Below, piece after piece: positions 36,270-44,066 of a stretch of 64,000 nucleotides of DNA (position 1 is the first letter of the stretch; every line of letters begins with the position of its first letter). A model generated the notes under the pieces. The model worked only from the letters and a program-made list of their open reading frames with translations. It was not told where the DNA came from and did no database searches. Source of the DNA: Pseudomonadota bacterium (GTDB lineage: Bacteria > Pseudomonadota > Gammaproteobacteria > Thiotrichales > Thiotrichaceae); NCBI GenBank assembly GCA_039797295.1, contig JBDKID010000003.1:27502-91501 (forward strand), read 5' to 3'. The translations under genes were made by a program, and so were the position numbers.

Positions 36270-37655
36270 ATGTTCGAGAATTTAAGTGAACGTCTTTCGC
36301 AGACGGTAAAAAAGCTACGCGGTCAAGCACGTTTGACCGACGACAATATTAAAGACGCGCTGCGTGATGTGCGAATGGCTCTGCTCGAAGCCGATGTGGC
36401 TTTGCCGGTAGTGCGCGAGTTCACCAACCGTGTGCGTGAGCGAGCCATTGGTCATGAGGTGTTAGAAAGCCTCACACCGGGGCAAGCATTTATCAAGGTC
36501 GTCAATGACGAGTTAGTCACCATTATGGGTAAGGCTAATGAAAATTTGTCATTGAATGCGCAACCGCCCGCCGTGATCTTAATGGCAGGTTTGCAAGGTG
36601 CGGGTAAAACCACCACGGTGGGCAAGTTAACCCGTTTCTTGAAAGAACGTCAGAATAAATCCGTCATGGTTGCCAGTTGTGACGTGTACCGTCCGGCGGC
36701 GATTAAACAGTTAGAAACCATTGCGGGACAAACGGGCGCGGTATTTTTCTCCAGCGAAGCCACACAAAAACCGGTCGACATTGCCAATGCTGCGGTAGCC
36801 GAAGCCAAGCGCAAGTACATGGATGTGCTGATTATCGACACGGCGGGGCGTTTGCACATTGACGCGCTCATGATGCAAGAAATTCAAGCCATCCATGCCG
36901 CAATTAACCCGATTGAAACGCTGTTCGTCGTTGACAGTATGACGGGGCAAGATGCGGCGAACACGGCGAAAGCTTTTGGTGATGCATTGCCTTTGACTGG
37001 TGTCGTACTGACGAAAGCGGATGGTGATGCACGCGGTGGTGCGGCATTGTCGGTGCGTCAGATTACGGGTAAGCCGATTAAATTCATTGGTGTCGGCGAA
37101 AAATTAGATGCTTTAGAACCTTTCCACCCAGACCGTATGGCCTCGCGGATTTTGGGCATGGGCGATGTGTTGAGCTTGATTGAAGAAGCGCAACGCAAAG
37201 TCGACCATAAAAAAGCGCAAGAACTCGCGAAAAAGTTGAATAAAGGGAAGGGATTCGACTTTGAAGATTTGCGTGATCAGATGCAGCAAATGCTCAAAAT
37301 GGGTGGCATGAGTGCATTGATGGATAAATTACCGGGAATGGGTAATGTGCCATCACATTTGAAAGAACAAGCGAATGATAAAGAAGTTCGCCGCATGATT
37401 GCGATTATTAATTCCATGACATTGGAAGAGCGGCGTAATCCCGATGTTATCAAGGCTTCGCGTAAACGGCGGATTGCGGCAGGTTGTGGTTTGCAAGTGC
37501 AAGATGTGAATCGTTTGTTGAAACAGCATCAGCAAATGAGTCGCGTGATGAAGCAGTTCTCTAAAGGTGGTGCATTACGCAAACTGATGGGGAAAATGGG
37601 TAATAAAATGCCACCAGGGGGCGGTTTTCCACCGATGGGCGGTTTCCCAGGTTAA
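36270..37655 (+). CDS. ffh: Signal recognition particle protein Ffh
   Basis: MFENLSERL, GLQGAGKTT, DTAGR, DGDARGG, Met-rich M domain. Confidence 0.99.
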   Translation: MFENLSERLSQTVKKLRGQARLTDDNIKDALRDVRMALLEADVALPVVREFTNRVRERAIGHEVLESLTPGQAFIKVVNDELVTIMGKANENLSLNAQPPAVILMAGLQGAGKTTTVGKLTRFLKERQNKSVMVASCDVYRPAAIKQLETIAGQTGAVFFSSEATQKPVDIANAAVAEAKRKYMDVLIIDTAGRLHIDALMMQEIQAIHAAINPIETLFVVDSMTGQDAANTAKAFGDALPLTGVVLTKADGDARGGAALSVRQITGKPIKFIGVGEKLDALEPFHPDRMASRILGMGDVLSLIEEAQRKVDHKKAQELAKKLNKGKGFDFEDLRDQMQQMLKMGGMSALMDKLPGMGNVPSHLKEQANDKEVRRMIAIINSMTLEERRNPDVIKASRKRRIAAGCGLQVQDVNRLLKQHQQMSRVMKQFSKGGALRKLMGKMGNKMPPGGGFPPMGGFPG

Positions 37656-37870
37656 TTTAATTGATTTTTGAAGCATTTAATGGGCTATCTTCGATTATTT
37701 GTGATAATCGGGGTTTGCCTGTTCTTTTATCTAGTTGTATGATGCGCATCGTCCAGAGATTTCCGTGAGTCATACGAACGGGGTCGATGCATTCAATCTC
37801 TTGGATGTTAGTGCATTGTTTGTGCTAATGTGGCTTTTCCCTTTCCTTATATCGTGAGAGAGTTTGAACT

Positions 37871-38170
37871 ATGAAAATGAAATCGCAATTTGCTATCGCT
37901 GGCTTGCTGTTCGCTGGTCTGTTGGCAACTGGTTGCAGCCAACAACAAGCTGCTGGTAGCCAACAACAAGCTGCTGGTAGCCAACAACAAGCTGCTACTC
38001 CAGCTCCTGCTGCTCCTGCTGCTCCTGCTGCTCCAGCACACGCTGCTCCAGCTCCACGTCCAGCTGCTCCAGCTCCAGTAGTTCCTCATGTTAAAGCTAA
38101 AGGCAACTACAAAGGTCCAGTCGCAATTGCGCCAGCTTCTAAAGCTGCACTGAAACAATACCAAAAGTAA
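37871..38170 (+). CDS. Small lipoprotein paralog 1 (99 aa; SQQQAAG repeats, Pro/Ala spacer, VKAKGNYKG module, ends QYQK)
   Basis: Lipobox LATG-C22, SD GAGAG, narrow codon choice (GCT, CCA/CCT, CAA, AAA), own terminator. Confidence 0.9.
   Translation: MKMKSQFAIAGLLFAGLLATGCSQQQAAGSQQQAAGSQQQAATPAPAAPAAPAAPAHAAPAPRPAAPAPVVPHVKAKGNYKGPVAIAPASKAALKQYQK
37937..37996 (+). repeat. 21-bp tandem repeat (2 full + 18 bp) encoding SQQQAAG
   Basis: AGCCAACAACAAGCTGCTGGT at 37937 and 37958, partial at 37979. Confidence 0.95.
38003..38029 (+). repeat. 9-bp tandem repeat x3 encoding APA
   Basis: GCTCCTGCT at 38003, 38012, 38021. Confidence 0.9.
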
Positions 38171-38212
38171 TTGTTTCGTGGACACGGCAACCTTTTAGGA
38201 TGCAGTAGCCAG

Positions 38213-38244
38213 AAAGCCTCTTGAACTCAAGAGGCTTTTTTTTT
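38213..38244 (+). terminator. Intrinsic terminator after lipoprotein 1
   Basis: AAAGCCTCTTG-AACT-CAAGAGGCTTT followed by T tract. Confidence 0.92.
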
Positions 38245-38393
38245 GCCTTGAAGTATGGAATCTGTACACCATTGGTCGGCGTTTAAGTGCGTTTTGTGCT
38301 ACATATTGGTGTGTAGCAATTAAGGAAATGACGCTTAAACGCTACACTGTATAAACTTACTGACTTTTTAGGCAATAAATTGAGGCTAAAGCC

Positions 38394-38714
38394 ATGGAAA
38401 TGAAGTCCAAATTGACTCTTGCGGCGTTATTGTGTATCGGTTTGCTGGCGACTGGTTGTAGTCAACAACAAGCTGCTATGGGTAGCCAACAAATGACACA
38501 ACAGCAAGCTTGTGACTGCAATAAAGAAAAACCAGTTACACCACCACCTGCTGTGCCTGTGAAACCACATTTACCACCGCCGGTAAAACGTCCACCACCA
38601 CCAGTGCAACCTGTTACCCCTGTCGTTCCTAAAGTGAAAGCCAAAGGTAACTACAAAGGTGCAGTGGCGATGGATCCATCTTCCAAAGCCGTGATGCAGC
38701 AATATCAGCATTAA
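38394..38714 (+). CDS. Small lipoprotein paralog 2 (106 aa; CDC, polyproline spacer, VKAKGNYKG module, ends QYQH)
   Basis: Lipobox LATG-C22, SD GAGG, clear paralog of 37871 gene. Confidence 0.9.
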   Translation: MEMKSKLTLAALLCIGLLATGCSQQQAAMGSQQMTQQQACDCNKEKPVTPPPAVPVKPHLPPPVKRPPPPVQPVTPVVPKVKAKGNYKGAVAMDPSSKAVMQQYQH

Positions 38715-38730
38715 TCGCTAGGTATTGCAT

Positions 38731-38763
38731 AAAACCCTTGCCGTTAACGACAAGGGTTTTTTT
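38731..38763 (+). terminator. Intrinsic terminator after lipoprotein 2
   Basis: AAAACCCTTG-10 nt-CAAGGGTTTT plus further Ts. Confidence 0.92.
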
Positions 38764-38981
38764 GTTTGAATTTTTACGAAAATCCATGCAACCTATTGCA
38801 TGGCATGACTTTGCACCGCATGGACGTTTATGCCGTGAATTAATGAGTGGTGTCGCTTAACGGCTTTTCACAAGGATTTGTGCTAAATTTGACCATTGTG
38901 TCCTATGAAGTCAATGTGACTTCTTTGCTACACTTTAATTGGCCGAGTGCTATCCCTTTAACAATGAAAGAGACCAAGACG

Positions 38982-39371
38982 ATGAAAATCAAATCTCACC
39001 TCACGCTTGCAACCCTGATCGTAGCTGGCATGTTCGCTACTGGCTGCCAACAATTAAGCCAACAAACGGCTGGTGCAGGTCAACAACAAACTGCTGCTCC
39101 AACTGAAACGAAGAAAGATGATGTGAAGCAACCTGTTGCTACTGGTAATGCACATACTCACCCAGCAGTTCCAGCTTGCACGAACTCCATTACACATAGC
39201 CATCCGTTCACTGATCCAAACCATACTCATCACTATAGCTGCAAACCGGGCGTAGCTCACAAAGGTGCAGGTCCTGCTGTTCCTCATGTTAAAGCGAAAG
39301 GCAACTACAAAGGTCCAGTCGCGATGGATAAAGCTTCTCAATCTGCATTGAAACAATATCAACAAAAATAA
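38982..39371 (+). CDS. Small lipoprotein paralog 3 (129 aa; His/Cys module, VKAKGNYKG module, ends QYQQK)
   Basis: Start reassigned from 38847 to 38982 so the lipobox FATG-C again falls at Cys22. Confidence 0.9.
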   Translation: MKIKSHLTLATLIVAGMFATGCQQLSQQTAGAGQQQTAAPTETKKDDVKQPVATGNAHTHPAVPACTNSITHSHPFTDPNHTHHYSCKPGVAHKGAGPAVPHVKAKGNYKGPVAMDKASQSALKQYQQK

Positions 39372-39432
39372 TCTTGTTGGTACGCGCAGTACATTGTTAA
39401 TCTTGTGAAAAGTTGACAATAAGTTTTGCATG

Positions 39433-39466
39433 AATGCCCAACCGCGATGAGGTTGGGCATTTTTTT
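39433..39466 (+). terminator. Intrinsic terminator after lipoprotein 3
   Basis: AATGCCCAACC-7 nt-GGTTGGGCATT plus T tract. Confidence 0.92.
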
Positions 39467-39614
39467 GGTTGAAATTCAAGATAAGGCAAATTACGCTAGG
39501 CATCTTTGGGAACTTATGGGCATGTTCTCAAGTCAGGGCTGTTATAAGCGTGAACCTGGCAGGTCTTCACCTATCGAGTGTTCTTCTGGTTTAACTACAT
39601 CAAGTGCAAGTTTC

Positions 39615-40868
39615 ATGAAAAAGTTTTTTAGCCTAGTGCTTTTGCTTACTGCCTCTATGTTGATGCCTTCGTTGGCATCTGCCGAGGTTTGGCCTAATGA
39701 GAATACGTGGGATGATTCCTGGGAAGCTCGTTACCGTGATTGGGTGCGTACCAGTTGGAAAGATGACATTTTCATGGATTCATCTAAGCCCATTTATTAC
39801 AAGTTCGAGAACGATTGTGCTGACGCTGTTTACATGATGCGTTTAATCTTCTCTTACGAGAACCGCTTACCATTTGCGATTAACAACCGTGATAAAGCGG
39901 GCAAGTTGATCAACAATAGCCTGAACAGTTGGGACAGCCTCGCGCCACCACAGCGGGTTCGCCAGTTCATGAATTATGTTGCTGACATGACCAGCAGTGC
40001 TTCTTTACCGAGTGATACTTACCCGGTTGCACTGAATGACATTAAGCCCGGTGATATTTATGTAGCACCCGGTGTGCATTCTTATCAAATCGTAGAAGTC
40101 ACGGATGCTGGGATTGCTGAGGTCATGGCTTCGACGACACCTAAACAAGCACGTTATTTGCTGCGCACCCCATCATTCCCGTTCTATATTCCTGAAGATA
40201 AACATTTAGGTGATGGTTATCGTCGTTTCAAAGCACCGCAGAACATAATGAAACCTGCGAATGCGCAACCGGGTTATAGCGAAGAGCAGTTCCAATTGGC
40301 GGCAGAGTTGAATGGTGATTACGTTGCATTTACTGACATCATTTCTAAAAAATTAGGACATCGTGAAGAACGTCCTGATGAGAAAACCCAACGCTTATTG
40401 TTAGCATTGTGCATGTACGCGAATGATCGCAGTGTGTATGTCTATGACGCTTTGTTCTATCTGCAAAAGATTCGTAATGAAGGCCGCCATTGCATGAATG
40501 CGAAAGAATACGACGATCATTCCACCCCAGGGCGTGATAAGCGCTTGAAAATGTTCTTCGATTCCATTCGTCGTCATTTAGATCGAGTTGGACGTTTTGA
40601 TCCACGCTCACAACCTGCACGTTGGGCAAAAGCGGTATTCTCTAATGATCAACCACCACCACAAGAAATGCAGAATTTGAATAATTTCTGTCAGGTGCAA
40701 ATGACGTTGGTCGATGAAGATGCACATGAGCCTAACTATTTCATGTCATTGCGTGAATTACGGCAAAATGTTGATGCGGGTACATTGAGTTCCGATCCAC
40801 ATGCGTCATTAGAATATCGTTGGGGTATTGTGAAAGAACCGTTTGTCGCGGACTGTCCAACTTACTAA
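39615..40868 (+). CDS. Secreted hypothetical protein (417 aa) with putative papain-like Cys/His pair
   Basis: Signal peptide MKKFFSLVLLLTASMLMPSLASA from ATG 39615; DCADAVY, IKPGDIYV and GVHSYQIV motifs; function inferred. Confidence 0.75.
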   Translation: MKKFFSLVLLLTASMLMPSLASAEVWPNENTWDDSWEARYRDWVRTSWKDDIFMDSSKPIYYKFENDCADAVYMMRLIFSYENRLPFAINNRDKAGKLINNSLNSWDSLAPPQRVRQFMNYVADMTSSASLPSDTYPVALNDIKPGDIYVAPGVHSYQIVEVTDAGIAEVMASTTPKQARYLLRTPSFPFYIPEDKHLGDGYRRFKAPQNIMKPANAQPGYSEEQFQLAAELNGDYVAFTDIISKKLGHREERPDEKTQRLLLALCMYANDRSVYVYDALFYLQKIRNEGRHCMNAKEYDDHSTPGRDKRLKMFFDSIRRHLDRVGRFDPRSQPARWAKAVFSNDQPPPQEMQNLNNFCQVQMTLVDEDAHEPNYFMSLRELRQNVDAGTLSSDPHASLEYRWGIVKEPFVADCPTY

Positions 40869-40884
40869 ACGGTATTAAGCCTAG

Positions 40885-40915
40885 GTTTCTCCCAGTTCTT
40901 TATGCTGGGAGAAAC
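40885..40915. other. Perfect 11-bp hairpin downstream of the 39615 gene
   Basis: GTTTCTCCCAG-9 nt-CTGGGAGAAAC, no U tract. Confidence 0.6.
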
Positions 40916-41012
40916 AACCAAGTCTTAATAACGATAACGATAGATTTAGTAATGGTTGAGCGGGCTTTTGGTGCATTTGTGATGTTCTGTTGTTAAAACA
41001 GGAGTGGGGTAA

Positions 41013-41723
41013 ATGAGTAGTTTCTTAAAAATCTCAGCCTATCTGGTATTCGGGCTGGGTCTTGGTATCGTCAGTGGCTGTTCCAGTCAAAATCAGAAAA
41101 CTGAACAAGCTGTTGCAACACCGATGCAACGTTCTAGTCCAGCTCGGACGAGTGTAGCAACACCAGAACGCTTGTCTTATGCCGCATTGGATCGTCTACG
41201 GCATCGTGTGGTTTACAATGGCACGTACATGCCGATTGCTTATCCAAATGGTGATGTGCCGGGCAATATTGGTGTTTGTACGGATACGGTGATTCGTTCG
41301 TATCGTAAGTTAGGTGTGGACTTACAGCGTTTGGTGCATGAAGACATGGAACGCAATTTCTACGCTTATCCTAACTTGCCAAAATGGGGATTGAATGCGC
41401 CCGACTCGAATATTGATCACCGCCGAGTACATAATTTGAAGGCTTACTTCACACGTCATGGGGGGCGACTGCCTGTGACAGGTGAGCCTAGCGATTACCG
41501 CCCCGGCGACTTAGTAACGTGGAGTCTGGGTGGCGACCAAGAACACATCGGGATTGTGGTGGATCGTAAATCATCAGCCGATCCTGACCGTTACTTGATT
41601 GTGCACAACATCGGTGAGGGTGAAAAAATGGAAGATGTGCTGTTCCAGATGCCAATTTCGGGGCATTACCGTTACTTCCCCGGCTACGTACCTTCCGCTG
41701 CGCAATACGCTGCTGCTAATTAA
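41013..41723 (+). CDS. DUF1287 (YijF-like) lipoprotein, NlpC/P60-like Cys/His motifs
   Basis: Lipobox VSG-C23; YPNGDVP...GVCTDTVIRSYR, DSNIDHRRV, PGDLVTW, HIGIV, VHNIG. Confidence 0.88.
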   Translation: MSSFLKISAYLVFGLGLGIVSGCSSQNQKTEQAVATPMQRSSPARTSVATPERLSYAALDRLRHRVVYNGTYMPIAYPNGDVPGNIGVCTDTVIRSYRKLGVDLQRLVHEDMERNFYAYPNLPKWGLNAPDSNIDHRRVHNLKAYFTRHGGRLPVTGEPSDYRPGDLVTWSLGGDQEHIGIVVDRKSSADPDRYLIVHNIGEGEKMEDVLFQMPISGHYRYFPGYVPSAAQYAAAN

Positions 41724-41760
41724 TTCACTGCTCATTATTTCTAGCACAGAATGCTATCAG

Positions 41761-41790
41761 AAAGCCTCCGCTGCGTCGGGGGCTTTTTGT
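41761..41790 (+). terminator. Intrinsic terminator after DUF1287 gene
   Basis: AAAGCCTCCG-6 nt-CGGGGGCTTT-TTGT. Confidence 0.8.
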
Positions 41791-41905
41791 TGCAGTGCTG
41801 TGTAATCAATACTTCACTTTTTCTGAAATTAACGTACAATCTCGCGTTTACTTCGGGGTGGGGTAGTCTGCCCTCTGTTTACTAGATTTATTTTAAGGTT
41901 TTTCT

Positions 41906-42160
41906 ATGGTCAACATCCGTCTGGCTAGAGGTGGCGCGAAAAAGCGTCCATTTTATCACATCGTTGTCAGTGATAAACGCAAACCACGTGACAGTGGTTA
42001 TATCGAACGTATTGGTTATTTCAACCCGGTAGCGCGTGGTCAAGAAGTGCGTCTGCACATCGAACAAGACCGTGCAAGCTATTGGTTACAATGTGGCGCA
42101 CAGCCAACTGAACGCGTCGCGAAGCTGCTGAAAGAAACAGCAGAAAGCGCGGCAGTGTAA
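41906..42160 (+). CDS. rpsP: 30S ribosomal protein S16
   Basis: [21 protein letters not shown]...ERIGYFNP. Confidence 0.99.
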   Translation: MVNIRLARGGAKKRPFYHIVVSDKRKPRDSGYIERIGYFNPVARGQEVRLHIEQDRASYWLQCGAQPTERVAKLLKETAESAAV

Positions 42161-42186
42161 GTTAAGGCAACGGCTGTTTTTGACTC

Positions 42187-42705
42187 ATGCCTCAGTCTAG
42201 TACCCAAGCTGATATGATTACACTAGGAAAAATTTCTGGTGTGTTCGGTGTTAAAGGCTGGGTTAAAGTGTTTTCGCATACCGAGCAACGTGAATCCATC
42301 TTGGCGTATAGCCCGTGGTTTTTGCAGATCGCTGGTGAGTGGAAACCGTATGAAGTCAAAACCGGTCAAGTGCAAGGCAAAGGCATTGTTGCTCAGTTGC
42401 AGACTGTCGACGACCGTGACCAAGCGCAAACTTTGGTTGGTTGTAGCATCGCGATTCCACGCGAGCGTCTCCGATCATTAAGACAAGATGAGTACTACTG
42501 GGCTGATTTGATCGGCATGGAAGTGGTCAATCTTGCTGGGTTTGCGTTTGGGAAAGTCGATTCCCTGTTTGAGACGGGTTCTAATGATGTATTAGTCGTG
42601 CGTAGTGATGTGGAGCGTTTAGTTCCGTGGATTATGCATGAAGTCATTAAATCTGTCGCATTGGATGAACGTCGCATCGTGGTGGACTGGGATCCGGATT
42701 TTTAG
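42187..42705 (+). CDS. rimM: Ribosome maturation factor RimM
   Basis: [41 protein letters not shown]. Confidence 0.98.
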   Translation: MPQSSTQADMITLGKISGVFGVKGWVKVFSHTEQRESILAYSPWFLQIAGEWKPYEVKTGQVQGKGIVAQLQTVDDRDQAQTLVGCSIAIPRERLRSLRQDEYYWADLIGMEVVNLAGFAFGKVDSLFETGSNDVLVVRSDVERLVPWIMHEVIKSVALDERRIVVDWDPDF

Positions 42706-43457
42706 TGATGCGCTTTGATGTCGTGACGCTGTTCCCAGAACTGGTGGATGCTGTCATTCAAAGTGGTGTTACAGGACGTGCCGTTAAACGCGGCATTATT
42801 CAGTTGCAACACTGGAATCCGCGTGATTATGCGCAAGATGTTCACCGTACTGTGGATGACCGTCCTTATGGTGGTGGACCGGGAATGGTAATGAAAGCGG
42901 AAACGCTATTACCTGCCATTCGCGCTGCGCGACAGCACAATTCGGGCAAAGTCGTTTATCTCAGCCCACAAGGTGTACCACTAACGCAGGCTTTGGTGAC
43001 AGAACTTGCGGCAGAAGACGGTTTAATTCTGCTGTGTGGGCGTTATGAGGGTATTGACGAGCGTATTATTACGTTAGAAGTCGATCTGGAGTGTTCTATC
43101 GGCGACTATGTACTCAGTGGTGGTGAATTGGGTGCAATGGTGCTAATTGATGCAGTCACGCGCTTATTGCCGGGTGCATTAGGACACAACGAGTCAGCGG
43201 CGCAAGATTCTTTTTGTGCAGGATTGCTCGACTGCCCACACTATACCCGACCGGAAGTGTTAGAAGGTCTGAGTATTCCCGCCGTGTTAAAAAGCGGCAA
43301 TCATGCAGACATTGCTCGCTGGCGCAATAAGCAAGCACTTGGCAGAACATGGCAGCGCAGGCCAGAACTATTGCAGGCAAAACACCTGACGGCTACCGAA
43401 CGTGTATTGCTAGCTGAATACATAAACGAGTTTGACAGAAGTAGTAAACTTCAGTAG
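42705..43457 (+). CDS. trmD: tRNA (guanine-N1)-methyltransferase TrmD
   Basis: [38 protein letters not shown]. Confidence 0.98.
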   Translation: MMRFDVVTLFPELVDAVIQSGVTGRAVKRGIIQLQHWNPRDYAQDVHRTVDDRPYGGGPGMVMKAETLLPAIRAARQHNSGKVVYLSPQGVPLTQALVTELAAEDGLILLCGRYEGIDERIITLEVDLECSIGDYVLSGGELGAMVLIDAVTRLLPGALGHNESAAQDSFCAGLLDCPHYTRPEVLEGLSIPAVLKSGNHADIARWRNKQALGRTWQRRPELLQAKHLTATERVLLAEYINEFDRSSKLQ

Positions 43458-43466
43458 AGGATTATC

Positions 43467-43811
43467 ATGAACGCGATTATTCAACAGCTTGAACAAGAAC
43501 AAATGACGAAAACCATCCCTGATTTCAACCCAGGCGATACCGTTATTGTTCAAGTACGTGTTAAAGAAGGTGACAAAGAACGTCAACAGGCTTACGAAGG
43601 CGTGGTTATCGCCAAGAAAAATCGTGGTCTGAACTCTGCTTTCACTGTACGTAAAATGTCTTACGGTGAAGGCGTAGAGCGCGTATTCCAAACTTACAGC
43701 AATAGCATTGCAAGTATTGAAGTGAAACGTGCGGGTGATGTGCGTCGTGCGAAACTGTACTACCTGCGTGGTCGTACTGGTAAATCTGCACGTATCAAAG
43801 AAAAAGTTTAA
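43467..43811 (+). CDS. rplS: 50S ribosomal protein L19
   Basis: [27 protein letters not shown]. Confidence 0.99.
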   Translation: MNAIIQQLEQEQMTKTIPDFNPGDTVIVQVRVKEGDKERQQAYEGVVIAKKNRGLNSAFTVRKMSYGEGVERVFQTYSNSIASIEVKRAGDVRRAKLYYLRGRTGKSARIKEKV

Positions 43812-44066
43812 TTTTCTTGCATACACCTTCAAACTCGGTAAGCGTGTTCAGCGTTTATCGAGTTTGTCGTTTTTAGCACTTAGCTTTTTAGTTATTTCAC
43901 TGTTTGGTGAAGTGGCGGCTCTTTGTCTTAACTTTAGACAGTTCTGCATTTTAGTTGCTGTACTCGACCGTTACTCTTTGAAAACTGTACAGTGGGTTAT
44001 GCAATGCATATGATTAGCACCGTGACAGCTTACTCAATAAAAATACCAATAGGTTTGAGGGCTTAA

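Noticed and set aside
37746-37790. GCATCG...CGATGC stem upstream of lipoprotein 1 as a structured RNA or SRP RNA
   Set aside because: Only 6 bp pair well; no SRP or riboswitch consensus.
37937-37996. 21-bp repeats as a CRISPR array
   Set aside because: No spacers, in-frame coding repeats, no cas genes.
38847-38981. Longer N-terminus of lipoprotein 3 given by the ORF track
   Set aside because: Start 38982 restores the 21-aa signal peptide and Cys22 seen in both paralogs; the upstream part contains the promoter motif.
39426-39614. Longer N-terminus of the secreted orphan
   Set aside because: It overlaps a terminator; ATG 39615 gives a clean signal peptide.
43812-44066. Small ORFs or terminator after rplS
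   Set aside because: Candidate frames lack SD or coding features; no convincing hairpin.
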